A DNA stretch of 32,000 nt from Microcystis aeruginosa NIES-2549 (GCF_000981785.2 NZ_CP011304.1:3630001-3662000); one strand, 5' to 3'. Shown: positions 15,311-24,774, numbered from the stretch's first letter. The notes: a model not told the origin generated them from the sequence alone. Translations and numbers: made by a program.

Positions 15311-16591
15311 TTAGGATTTGTGCCGGGAGATTTGCGCTTTTAATTCCCTTGCTTGTGTCAATAAATCCGCTTGGGTTAGACTAATTTGTTCTTGGGTGGC
15401 CATCCATTTCAGTTGTACCGTGCCATTTTCAGCCTCAGCATCCCCCAAAATTATACAGCCCACGGCCTTAGCTCGATCGGCCCGTTTAAATTGTTTTCCG
15501 AAAGCGCTGCCGCTTAAGTCTAACTCAACGCTAAACCCCAATCCGCGTAATTGTTGCGCTAACACCACACTGCGGGCCTCAGCTTTTTCTCCTTTGGAGA
15601 CGAGATAAAAATCGGGAACCAAAAAAGATAAAGATTGCTTTTGTTGTAATAATATAATCAGACGTTCTAAACCGATCGCCCAACCCACTGCTGGCGTGTC
15701 TGGACCGCCTAATTGAGCTATTAAACCATCATAACGACCACCACCGCAAACCGTGGCTTGAGCGCCTAAATCATCGGACTGAATTTCAAAGGCCGTATGG
15801 GTGTAATAGTCCAATCCTCGCACTAAACAGGGATTAAGATTATAGATAACTCCCAAATCAGTTAGTAAAGATTGCACCCGTTCAAAATGCTTTTGAGAAT
15901 CACTGCCGAGATGCTCAAGAATACTGGGGGCATTCTCACAGATAATCTTGGTTTTCTCGTCCTTACTATCCAAAATTCGCAGGGGATTTTTTTCTAATCT
16001 CTGTTGAGAATCCGCGTCTAAATCAGCTTTGTAGGGAGTCAAATAATCTAGCAGGGCCTGACGATAATTTTGCCTATCTTGGGCATTTCCCAGGGAATTA
16101 AGGTCTAATTTTAGGTTTTCTAGCCCCACAGCTTTTAATATCTCGCTGGCAAGGGTAATTACTTCCACATCCGCCCTAGGGTCATCAGTTCCCAACAATT
16201 CGACCCCAATTTGATGAAACTGTCGCTGCCTACCCGCTTGCGGACGTTCATAACGAAACATCGGCCCCTTATACCAGAGTCTTTGTACTCCTCCGGCGGC
16301 CTGTAATTTGTGTTCAATGTAGGCGCGAACGACCCCAGCCGTTCCCTCCGGTCGCAAAGTCAGGGAACGTTGACCGCGATCAAAGAAAGTGTACATTTCT
16401 TTACCCACCACGTCCGTCGCTTCCCCGATACCCCGTTCAAAAAGTTGCGTCTGTTCAAAAATGGGAGTTCGTATCTCTTGATACAGCGCAGTCCCTAAAA
16501 TTCTGCTGGCAGTTTCCTCTAACCACTGCCAGTAACCGATCTCCGCCGGTAAAATATCTTTTGTGCCTCGGATTGCCTGGATTTCGCCCAT
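15311..16591 (-). CDS. hisS: histidine--tRNA ligase
   Basis: 426 aa. MGEIQAIRGTKDILP..., class II aaRS motifs (LRPEGTAGVVRAY, FRYERPQAGRQRQFHQIG, GGGRYDGL). Confidence 0.97.
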   Translation of the reverse strand: MGEIQAIRGTKDILPAEIGYWQWLEETASRILGTALYQEIRTPIFEQTQLFERGIGEATDVVGKEMYTFFDRGQRSLTLRPEGTAGVVRAYIEHKLQAAGGVQRLWYKGPMFRYERPQAGRQRQFHQIGVELLGTDDPRADVEVITLASEILKAVGLENLKLDLNSLGNAQDRQNYRQALLDYLTPYKADLDADSQQRLEKNPLRILDSKDEKTKIICENAPSILEHLGSDSQKHFERVQSLLTDLGVIYNLNPCLVRGLDYYTHTAFEIQSDDLGAQATVCGGGRYDGLIAQLGGPDTPAVGWAIGLERLIILLQQKQSLSFLVPDFYLVSKGEKAEARSVVLAQQLRGLGFSVELDLSGSAFGKQFKRADRAKAVGCIILGDAEAENGTVQLKWMATQEQISLTQADLLTQARELKAQISRHKS

Positions 16592-16611
16592 AGTTCTCTG
16601 TATTTTTATCC

Positions 16612-18522
16612 CTATTTGAACAATCTTAAACCGCTTAGAGTCACTAATACCGTCGATCCTTCATGACCGATAACACCCAGAGGTAAAGTTATATCACCGG
16701 CAAAATTGGCTATTAGCAATATGCCGATAAACGCGAGGGCGAAAGTGATATTCTGTTTAACGATGCGATTGGCACGACGACCAAGGTTAATCGCGCTGGG
16801 AATTTTGGCTAAATTATCGGACATAAGGATAATATCGGCCGTTTCCAAGGCCACATCACTACCAGCTTTTCCCATGGCAATCCCCACATTAGCCATAGCT
16901 AAAGCGGGCGCGTCATTAATGCCATCCCCCACCATAGCGACAGTGTGATATTTTTCTTGCAGATTTTGGATAACGCTTAACTTATCTTCTGGCAGTAAAT
17001 CAGCGTAAACTTCCTCAATACCGAGTTTTTCAGCGACTTGATCGGCACTTTGTTGATTATCACCCGTAATTAAAACGATATGTTCGATACCGATCTTTTT
17101 TAGCTGCTTCACCAGATTAACTGCCGATTCCCGCAGGGTATCGGCCACAGCGATCGCACCAAGTATCTGATTCTCTTGTACTACCCATACCAGGGTTTTG
17201 CCTTCTTTTTGTAAACGTTCGCGCATAGCTAGAATATTCTGGTCAAGATCAGTAATATGGTCACGAATATAGGCAAAATTGCCCACAGATACCGACTTAT
17301 CGGCAATTTTTCCCGTGATACCCCGTCCCGATACCGCTTGCACCTGATTAGCACTGAAGAAATTTATACCACGTTCCCTGGCTGTGGCGGTAATAGCGGA
17401 TCCGATGGGATGTTCCGAACAGGATTCTAGGGCTGCAGCCACCGCTAACACCTCATTTTCACTGACTGCATGGATAGGGATAATTTCCACCACTTGCAAC
17501 TTACCAAGGGTGAGAGTGCCGGTTTTATCAAAAGCGATCGCTCGTATGCGGCCGATCATCTCCAATCTTGCGCCATTTTTGAATAAAATCCCCTGTTTTG
17601 CGCCGTTAGCGATACCCGATAACAAAGCTGGCATAATTGAGGCCATTAAAGCACAGGGAGAGGCCACCACAAGAAAAATTAAGGCCCGATAGATAGTAGT
17701 TTCCCAGGTCCAACCCCAGAGAAAAGGCGGTAAAATCCCGAAAATTAAGCCCAAAATCACGATAATTTTCGCATAACCCCGCTCGAAACCTTCGATAAAC
17801 TCTTGGGAGGGAGGGGATTCATTTTGTGCTTTTTCTACCAAACGAATCACCCTCTCAATTAAGCGACTTTCGGGGGGAGTTTCCACCTTTAAACGTAGCA
17901 CTCCCGCACCGTTGAGAGTTCCCGCAAAGACTTCTTCACCGATGGTTTTATCCACGGGAAGGGATTCTCCGGTAATTGGCGCTTGATTGATGGGACTGTT
18001 TCCCTCCATAATAATGCCGTCAATGGGGATTAATTCACCCGGTTTGACCAAAACTGTGTCACCTATCCGTAATTGCTTGATAGGAACCTCTTTTTCCCTA
18101 TCTCCCGTGATTAATCTAGCAGTATCGGGAGTCATCGCCATGAGAGAACGAATATTGCGATCGGTTTTTGCCATGGCAATCTGTTCTAATGCACCACTAA
18201 TGGCGAAAATCAGGATTAAAACGGCTCCATCGATGATGAGATAGTAATTACTATCCCAGAGTCCCAAAATCGCCGCCCCCAAGGCCGCTACAATCATTAA
18301 CAGGTCCACATCCAGTTCTTTTTCCTCCCATAAAGTCGTCAATCCTGCTTGGGTACTCTCGTATCCTCCCACCAGATATGCGATCGCTAGTAGGATAAAA
18401 GCCGGGCCGATCAGATTAAGGTGTAGGCATAACCAACCAAAAAAGACTAAAATAGCGCAAATTCCTGCGGCAACTGCCGAGGAATACTCAGACAACCAAG
18501 AGGACGAGATACTCTGAATCAT
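16612..18522 (-). CDS. heavy-metal P1B-type ATPase, SPC / HEGxT subtype (CoaT-like, P1B-4)
   Basis: 636 aa with DKTGTLT, TGDN, GDGINDAP, the transmembrane SPC motif (VVASPCALM) and the C-terminal GHEGSTVLV. There is no N-terminal metal-binding domain. The stop lies 20 nt upstream of the hisS start, suggesting co-transcription. Confidence 0.9.
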   Translation of the reverse strand: MIQSISSSWLSEYSSAVAAGICAILVFFGWLCLHLNLIGPAFILLAIAYLVGGYESTQAGLTTLWEEKELDVDLLMIVAALGAAILGLWDSNYYLIIDGAVLILIFAISGALEQIAMAKTDRNIRSLMAMTPDTARLITGDREKEVPIKQLRIGDTVLVKPGELIPIDGIIMEGNSPINQAPITGESLPVDKTIGEEVFAGTLNGAGVLRLKVETPPESRLIERVIRLVEKAQNESPPSQEFIEGFERGYAKIIVILGLIFGILPPFLWGWTWETTIYRALIFLVVASPCALMASIMPALLSGIANGAKQGILFKNGARLEMIGRIRAIAFDKTGTLTLGKLQVVEIIPIHAVSENEVLAVAAALESCSEHPIGSAITATARERGINFFSANQVQAVSGRGITGKIADKSVSVGNFAYIRDHITDLDQNILAMRERLQKEGKTLVWVVQENQILGAIAVADTLRESAVNLVKQLKKIGIEHIVLITGDNQQSADQVAEKLGIEEVYADLLPEDKLSVIQNLQEKYHTVAMVGDGINDAPALAMANVGIAMGKAGSDVALETADIILMSDNLAKIPSAINLGRRANRIVKQNITFALAFIGILLIANFAGDITLPLGVIGHEGSTVLVTLSGLRLFK

Positions 18523-18607
18523 GGATCGATGGCAATTACTTTTCTCCCCATTCTAGAAAAAATTAGATCGATGCAGAAAACCCCTATGTGGTATTCACCG
18601 GTGCGAA

Positions 18608-18826
18608 GGCTCTCTTAGGTTTGCTGGTTAAAATGTATTCTAAGATACAGTCCTGCTGGCGAGGGAGTGGAAGGAACCACAGAGGCACAAAGGACACAAA
18701 GATCGATCACTACATTCAGTTAAACTGATCAGACAAAGAAGAGTGGAAGGAACCACAGAGGCACAAAGGACACAAAGATCGATCACTACATTCAGTTAAA
18801 CTGATCAGACAAAGAAGAAGAGAGCC
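18608..18826 (+). repeat. intergenic repeat, copy 2 (expanded)
   Basis: It has the same 5' ~90 nt and the same 3' ...AGAGAGCC end as 15181-15285, with extra internal sequence that includes a 2 x 76-bp tandem duplication. Confidence 0.75.
18665..18816 (+). repeat. perfect 2 x 76-bp tandem duplication
   Basis: GAGTGGAAGGAACCACAGAGGCACAAAGGACACAAAGATCGATCACTACATTCAGTTAAACTGATCAGACAAAGAA occurs at 18665-18740 and again at 18741-18816. Confidence 0.9.
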
Positions 18827-18836
18827 GTGCGAGTTA

Positions 18837-18923
18837 CGAGGAAGCGGAAAATTGGCTATTAGAGGACGAGTATGAACCCCGAAAGGGACGAATTTCGGCA
18901 GTAGAGATATAATTTCCTTATCT
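18837..18923 (+). repeat. 5' arm of the ~106-bp repeat that hosts intron copy 1 (3' arm at 21521-21538)
   Basis: CGAGGAAGCGGAAAATTGGCTATTAGAGGACGA...GGCAGTAGAGATATAATTTCCTTATCT is shared with 22091-22177. GAAGCGGAAA at the 5' end is complementary to TTTCCGCTT in the 3' arm. Confidence 0.6.
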
Positions 18924-21520
18924 GTGCGAAACGTTTAGGCATGAAATAGGGTTGAAATGCCTGAAATAACCGCCTAGTAAGGTCTTCAGTCCCCCGACTG
19001 AATCTAAGAGGTCAACCCAGACCAACCTTATAACTGTTTATATGTCCCGACGTTTAGTATCACCCGATACAAAATAGGCAAGGGGACTCAAGGTCAAAAC
19101 ACTTTGTAACAACTATTTACAATCGTTACAAAGGTGAGAGTAACGGCGATAGCCACCCCCAGTTTCAGAAGTCACAACCCTGAAATTGAAGCGGGGAACG
19201 GAAGGCTCCGAGGTGCAACCTAACACCAGCAGCGAGACCACTGCCAACAGCCCAGGATTAAGCGAAAGCTGAACGTCTGACATGAACCATCGTAACAATT
19301 AAGCAGTGAAATAAGGTTGACACACTGCGTTCAAAAGAACAAGGGGAATAAGTGAGGGACTTGATAAGCTACTCACACAGACCTTTTAAAGTACCCCGGT
19401 GGAAAAGACGAATCTAAAGGATGGAAAGCCCATATAAACGGAACGTGATAACCCCTTTCAGGCTCTGAGTATCGGTCGAAATACCCAGTAGTGAGAAGTG
19501 TAAGCGCAAGCCTTAAAGGGGGTGAGATGTAACCAAAAGCCAACGCTTGACGTTAATAGTCAAGATACGCTAACAGGTTACGGTTTGATTGTAAGGATAG
19601 AGTCTAGTAGGAGTCTATATGACGAAATCGAGAAAAGGTAAAGGGTTCGGGAAACCGAAAACCACTAAGACTACGAATGTATGGAAGGCTATCAATTGGG
19701 CGAAAGTCCAAAGATATGTCTTCAAGCTCCAAAAGAGGATATACCAAGCGGCTAAATCGGGACAGGATGCAAAGGTTAGAAGGTTGCAACGTCTATTGGT
19801 GAAATCGTACTACGCTCGTCTATTAGCGGTTCGCAAAGTAACCCAAGATAATCAAGGAAAGAAAACAGCAGGAGTTGATGGGAAGATAGTAATATCCCCA
19901 GAACAAAGGCTAAATCTAACCGAAGAAATTAAGGGAACACTTAAAGCAAAACCGTTAAGAAGGGTATGGATTCCTAAACCCGGCAGGGATGAAAAACGCC
20001 CATTAGGAATACCAACCATCAAAGACAGAGCTAGACAAGCGGTGATTAAATCGGCACTTGAACCAGAATGGGAAGCAAAAATGGAAGGAACCAGCTATGG
20101 TTTCCGACCCGGAAGGTCTGCCCATGACGCAATATCGAGGATATACCTCAGCATTAATAAGGGTAATTACTTTGTGTTAGATGCTGATATTGCCAAGTGT
20201 TTTGACCGAATTAATCACAACTTCCTACTGTCAAGAATTCATTGTCCCAGTGCCTTGAAAAGAGACATAAAACAATGGCTCAAAGCAGGAGTATTGGATA
20301 AAGGCGTATTTGAAGAAACAGAAACAGGGACACCACAAGGAGGGGTAATAAGTCCACTACTTGCTAACATCGCACTGGATGGAATGGCAAGATTAATCGA
20401 AACACTATTCCCCAAAAAGGGAAATGGTACAAATCAAGCTGTTTTAATAAGGTACGCCGATGATTTTGTGGTGATTTCACCTTCACTCGAAATCATTGAA
20501 CAGTGCAAAACTGCTATCTCCGAATGGTTAAAACCGATAGGATTAGAACTCAAACCAGAAAAAACCAGAGTGTGTCATACACTCAAACCCATTGAATATA
20601 ATGGAAAAACGGAAGAACCAGGATTTGACTTTCTAGGATTCAACATCAGACAATACCCAGCCGGAAAATATAAAGCGGGAAAAATATGTAAAGGAACACC
20701 CAAGACATTCCTAACACACATTAAACCTAGCCAAAAAGCAGTTAAAGCCCACACAGAAGCGATTAAAGGTGTAATCAAAAAACACAAAACCGCACCTCAA
20801 TCAGCCCTGATTAGTCGACTAAACCCAATCATAAGAGGATGGGGGAACTACTATTCAGGAGTAGTATCTATGGATACTTTCACAAAACTAGACCATACAA
20901 TCTGGTTGATGTTAAGGGCATGGACAGTATCAAGATGCAGAAAAGCGAACTACGAAAAGCTGAGAAATTACTTTAGACCGGGTACAGTTAAACTCAGCAA
21001 TGGGAAAGAAAGACAAGAATCCTGGTTATTTCAAACCAAAGACGGTCTCCACTTATGGCAACATAATTGGATACCAATTGTCAGACATACCTTAGCACGC
21101 TCCGACGCATCACCATTCGACGGAAATTGGACCTACTGGGCAACCAGAAGAGGACAAGCAATCGACACACCGACAAGAGTAGCCAAACTACTTAAGAAGC
21201 AACAAGGCAAGTGTAACCGATGTGGGCAATACTTCACCCCATCGGACTTAATTGAAGTTGACCACATCCACCCTCTCAGCCTAGGCGGAAAGGATGAATA
21301 TAAAAACCTTCAATTACTACACCGCCACTGTCATGATGAAAAATCAGCTTCAGATGGAAGCCTCGATATACCCACAAGACAAAGTATACAGGCAACCACA
21401 GAGAAGTCAAGCGGTATCCTTAACAAAGGAACAATCAAACTAGGAGCCGTGTGAGGTGAAAGTCTCAAGCACGGTTCTGAATGGGAGGGGAGGTCGGTGA
21501 CGACCTTCTCGACCCCTAAT
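18924..21520 (+). mobile_element. group II intron, copy 1 (2,597 nt, ORF-containing)
   Basis: The 5' end is GTGCG at 18924-18928. The IEP ORF starts ~695 nt in. A 34-nt domain V GAGCCGTGTGAGGTGAAAGTCTCAAGCACGGTTC lies at 21444-21477. A domain VI-like hairpin has a GTGA loop and an unpaired A 8 nt before the proposed 3' end ...CCCCTAAT (21520). Confidence 0.85.
19619..21454 (+). CDS. ltrA: group II intron-encoded protein: reverse transcriptase / maturase / HNH endonuclease
   Basis: 611 aa. RT blocks include PKPGRDEKRPLGIPTIKDR, FDRINH, GTPQGGVISPLLANI and YADDFVV. Maturase X motif RGWGNYY. C-terminal HNH CNRCGQ...VDHIHPLSLGG...LLHRHCH. Confidence 0.95.
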   Translation: MTKSRKGKGFGKPKTTKTTNVWKAINWAKVQRYVFKLQKRIYQAAKSGQDAKVRRLQRLLVKSYYARLLAVRKVTQDNQGKKTAGVDGKIVISPEQRLNLTEEIKGTLKAKPLRRVWIPKPGRDEKRPLGIPTIKDRARQAVIKSALEPEWEAKMEGTSYGFRPGRSAHDAISRIYLSINKGNYFVLDADIAKCFDRINHNFLLSRIHCPSALKRDIKQWLKAGVLDKGVFEETETGTPQGGVISPLLANIALDGMARLIETLFPKKGNGTNQAVLIRYADDFVVISPSLEIIEQCKTAISEWLKPIGLELKPEKTRVCHTLKPIEYNGKTEEPGFDFLGFNIRQYPAGKYKAGKICKGTPKTFLTHIKPSQKAVKAHTEAIKGVIKKHKTAPQSALISRLNPIIRGWGNYYSGVVSMDTFTKLDHTIWLMLRAWTVSRCRKANYEKLRNYFRPGTVKLSNGKERQESWLFQTKDGLHLWQHNWIPIVRHTLARSDASPFDGNWTYWATRRGQAIDTPTRVAKLLKKQQGKCNRCGQYFTPSDLIEVDHIHPLSLGGKDEYKNLQLLHRHCHDEKSASDGSLDIPTRQSIQATTEKSSGILNKGTIKLGAV

Positions 21521-21643
21521 TCCTTTCCGCTTTTCTTCAAAACCCTTATTCTGTATGCTGTTTAGCAAGAATTAGCGATCGCCGCTTAACCAACTCAGGC
21601 CCTAATAGGTAAAATATAAGCTGGGAGATTATAGTGAGAAGTT

Positions 21644-21850
21644 ATGAAGTTGACTGTAACACTTGACCGTGACGAGGATGGGGTTTGGGTTGTAGAATGC
21701 CCCAGTATTCCGGGTTGTGTCAGCCAAGGTCAAACGAGAGCAGAAGCTCTAGAAAATATCAGAGATGCGATTATCGCTTGCCTTGAAGTTCGTGCAGAAC
21801 GTGGACTACCGCTCACGATTGAAACTTGTCAAGTAGAGGTAATGGCCTAA
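21644..21850 (+). CDS. hicB: HicB-family antitoxin (UPF0150-type)
   Basis: 68 aa. MKLTVTLDRDEDGVWVVECPSIPGCVSQGQTRAEALENIRDAI is the HicB/UPF0150 N-terminal fold signature. The gene is immediately followed by hicA. Confidence 0.8.
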   Translation: MKLTVTLDRDEDGVWVVECPSIPGCVSQGQTRAEALENIRDAIIACLEVRAERGLPLTIETCQVEVMA

Positions 21851-21852
21851 TC

Positions 21853-22080
21853 ATGTCCTCTGCTCTTCCTGTTCTCAGCGGACGTGAAGTAGTCCGAATA
21901 TTTGAAACCTTTGGCTGGCAAGTTGCGCGTCAAAGTGGAAGCCATATCATTATGGTTAAGGAGGGTGAACAGGTAACACTCTCTGTTCCTGATCATCGTG
22001 AAGTGGCTAAAGGTACGCTTCGTAGTCTTATTCGTACTGCTGGAATTACTTTACAAGAATTTGTTTCTGGCATGAGATGA
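21853..22080 (+). CDS. hicA: HicA-family toxin (mRNA interferase)
   Basis: MSSALPVLSGREVVRIFETFGWQVARQSGSHIIMVKEGEQVTLSVPDHREVAKGTLRSLIR is typical of HicA/YcfA. I chose ATG 21853, 2 nt after the hicB stop, rather than the longer track ORF starting at 21826. Confidence 0.8.
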   Translation: MSSALPVLSGREVVRIFETFGWQVARQSGSHIIMVKEGEQVTLSVPDHREVAKGTLRSLIRTAGITLQEFVSGMR

Positions 22081-22090
22081 ACAAACAAGT

Positions 22091-22177
22091 CGAGGAAGCG
22101 GAAAATTGGCTATTAGAGGACGAATTTGAACCGGTAGAGGGACGACTTTCGGCAGTAGAGATATAATTTCCTTATCT
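22091..22177 (+). repeat. 5' arm of the host repeat for intron copy 2 (3' arm at 24775-24792)
   Basis: Collinear with 18837-18923 at a constant offset of 3,254 nt. Seven substitutions cluster in one 23-nt patch. Confidence 0.6.
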
Positions 22178-24774
22178 GTGCGAAACGTTTAGGCATGAAA
22201 TAGGGCTGAAATGCCTGAAATAACCGCCTAGTAAGGTCTTCAGTCCCCCGACTGAATCTAAGAGGTCAACCCAGACCAACCTTATAACTGTTTATATGTC
22301 CCGACGTTTAGTATCACCCGATACAAAATAGGCAAGGGGACTCAAGGTCAAAACACTTTGTAACAATTATTTACAATCGTTACAAAGGTGAGAGTAACGG
22401 CGATAGCCACCCCCAGTTTCAGAAGTCACAACCCTGAAATTGAAGCGGGGAACGGAAGGCTCCGAGGTGCAACCTAACACCAGCAGCGAGACCACTGCCA
22501 ACAGCCCAGGATTAAGCGAAAGCTGAACGTCTGACATGAACCATCGTAACAATTAAGCAGTGAAATAAGGTTGACACACTGCGTTCAAAAGAACAAGGGG
22601 AATAAGTGAGGGACTTGATAAGCTACTCACACAGACCTTTTAAAGTACCCCGGTGGAAAAGACGAATCTAAAGGATTGAAAGCCCATATAAACGGAACGT
22701 GATAACCCCTTTCAGGCTCTGAGTATCGGTCGAAATACCCAGTAGTGAGAAGTGTAAGCGCAAGCCTTAAAGGGGGTGAGATGTAACCAAAAGCCAACGC
22801 TTGACGTTAATAGTCAAGATACGCTAACAGGTTACGGTTTGATTGTAAGGATAGAGTCTAGTAGGAGTCTATATGACGAAATCGAGAAAAGGTAAAGGGT
22901 TCGGGAAACCGAAAACCACTAAGACTACGAATGTATGGAAGGCTATCAATTGGGCGAAAGTCCAAAGATATGTCTTCAAGCTCCAAAAGAGGATATACCA
23001 AGCGGCTAAATCGGGACAGGATGCAAAGGTTAGAAGGTTGCAACGTCTATTGGTGAAATCGTACTACGCTCGTCTATTAGCGGTTCGCAAAGTAACCCAA
23101 GATAATCAAGGAAAGAAAACAGCAGGAGTTGATGGGAAGATAGTAATATCCCCAGAACAAAGGCTAAATCTAACCGAAGAAATTAAGGGAACACTTAAAG
23201 CAAAACCGTTAAGAAGGGTATGGATTCCTAAACCCGGCAGGGATGAAAAACGCCCATTAGGAATACCAACCATCAAAGACAGAGCTAGACAAGCGGTGAT
23301 TAAATCGGCACTTGAACCAGAATGGGAAGCAAAAATGGAAGGAACCAGCTATGGTTTCCGACCCGGAAGGTCTGCCCATGACGCAATATCGAGGATATAC
23401 CTCAGCATTAATAAGGGTAATTACTTTGTGTTAGATGCTGATATTGCCAAGTGTTTTGACCGAATTAATCACAACTTCCTACTGTCAAGAATTCATTGTC
23501 CCAGTGCCTTGAAAAGAGACATAAAACAATGGCTCAAAGCAGGAGTATTGGATAAAGGCGTATTTGAAGAAACAGAAACAGGGACACCACAAGGAGGGGT
23601 AATAAGTCCACTACTTGCTAACATCGCACTGGATGGAATGGCAAGATTAATCGAAACACTATTCCCCAAAAAGGGAAATGGTACAAATCAAGCTGTTTTA
23701 ATAAGGTACGCCGATGATTTTGTGGTGATTTCACCTTCACTCGAAATCATTGAACAGTGCAAAACTGCTATCTCCGAATGGTTAAAACCGATAGGATTAG
23801 AACTCAAACCAGAAAAAACCAGAGTGTGTCATACACTCAAACCCATTGAATATAATGGAAAAACGGAAGAACCAGGATTTGACTTTCTAGGATTCAACAT
23901 CAGACAATACCCAGCCGGAAAATATAAAGCGGGAAAAATATGTAAAGGAACACCCAAGACATTCCTAACACACATTAAACCTAGCCAAAAAGCAGTTAAA
24001 GCCCACACAGAAGCGATTAAAGGTGTAATCAAAAAACACAAAACCGCACCTCAATCAGCCCTGATTAGTCGACTAAACCCAATCATAAGAGGATGGGGGA
24101 ACTACTATTCAGGAGTAGTATCTATGGATACTTTCACAAAACTAGACCATACAATCTGGTTGATGTTAAGGGCATGGACAGTATCAAGATGCAGAAAAGC
24201 GAACTACGAAAAGCTGAGAAATTACTTTAGACCGGGTACAGTTAAACTCAGCAATGGGAAAGAAAGACAAGAATCCTGGTTATTTCAAACCAAAGACGGT
24301 CTCCACTTATGGCAACATAATTGGATACCAATTGTCAGACATACCTTAGCACGCTCCGACGCATCACCATTCGACGGAAATTGGACCTACTGGGCAACCA
24401 GAAGAGGACAAGCAATCGACACACCGACAAGAGTAGCCAAACTACTTAAGAAGCAACAAGGCAAGTGTAACCGATGTGGGCAATACTTCACCCCATCGGA
24501 CTTAATTGAAGTTGACCACATCCACCCTCTCAGCCTAGGCGGAAAGGATGAATATAAAAACCTTCAATTACTACACCGCCACTGTCATGATGAAAAATCA
24601 GCTTCAGATGGAAGCCTCGATATACCCACAAGACAAAGTATACAGGCAACCACAGAGAAGTCAAGCGGTATCCTTAACAAAGGAACAATCAAACTAGGAG
24701 CCGTGTGAGGTGAAAGTCTCAAGCACGGTTCTGAATGGGAGGGGAGGTCGGTGACGACCTTCTCGACCCCTAAT
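22178..24774 (+). mobile_element. group II intron, copy 2 (2,597 nt)
   Basis: Same boundaries as copy 1 (GTGCG at 22178, ...CCCCTAAT at 24774). I saw only three substitutions in the 695 nt 5' of the ORF. The IEP translation is identical. Confidence 0.85.
22873..24708 (+). CDS. ltrA: group II intron-encoded RT/maturase/HNH protein (identical to 19619..21454)
   Basis: The 611-aa translation is identical to copy 1 in the ORF track. Confidence 0.95.
   Translation: MTKSRKGKGFGKPKTTKTTNVWKAINWAKVQRYVFKLQKRIYQAAKSGQDAKVRRLQRLLVKSYYARLLAVRKVTQDNQGKKTAGVDGKIVISPEQRLNLTEEIKGTLKAKPLRRVWIPKPGRDEKRPLGIPTIKDRARQAVIKSALEPEWEAKMEGTSYGFRPGRSAHDAISRIYLSINKGNYFVLDADIAKCFDRINHNFLLSRIHCPSALKRDIKQWLKAGVLDKGVFEETETGTPQGGVISPLLANIALDGMARLIETLFPKKGNGTNQAVLIRYADDFVVISPSLEIIEQCKTAISEWLKPIGLELKPEKTRVCHTLKPIEYNGKTEEPGFDFLGFNIRQYPAGKYKAGKICKGTPKTFLTHIKPSQKAVKAHTEAIKGVIKKHKTAPQSALISRLNPIIRGWGNYYSGVVSMDTFTKLDHTIWLMLRAWTVSRCRKANYEKLRNYFRPGTVKLSNGKERQESWLFQTKDGLHLWQHNWIPIVRHTLARSDASPFDGNWTYWATRRGQAIDTPTRVAKLLKKQQGKCNRCGQYFTPSDLIEVDHIHPLSLGGKDEYKNLQLLHRHCHDEKSASDGSLDIPTRQSIQATTEKSSGILNKGTIKLGAV

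Noticed and set aside
18827-18831. A GTGCG 97 nt upstream of the chosen intron 5' end, which could mark a longer intron or a twintron
   Set aside because: The equivalent position in copy 2 (22081-22085) reads ACAAA, and homology between the copies only starts at 18837. The conserved GTGCG at 18924/22178 gives a normal distance to the IEP ORF. No second domain V or outer-intron remainder is visible downstream.
19113-19789. Minus-strand 61-aa ORFs (19113..19298 and 19604..19789, with twins at 22367..22552 and 22858..23043). The 20575..20787, 21331..21540 and 23829..24041 ORFs fall in the same class.
   Set aside because: They lie antisense within the structured ribozyme or IEP region of the introns. 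They have no recognisable motifs, and their duplication merely reflects the intron duplication.
19619-21454. Reverse transcriptase as part of a retron or diversity-generating retroelement
   Set aside because: The RT carries the maturase X and HNH domains. It is embedded between a GTGCG 5' end and a canonical domain V/VI, which is diagnostic of a group II intron. No template/variable repeat pair or msr/msd-like structure was seen.
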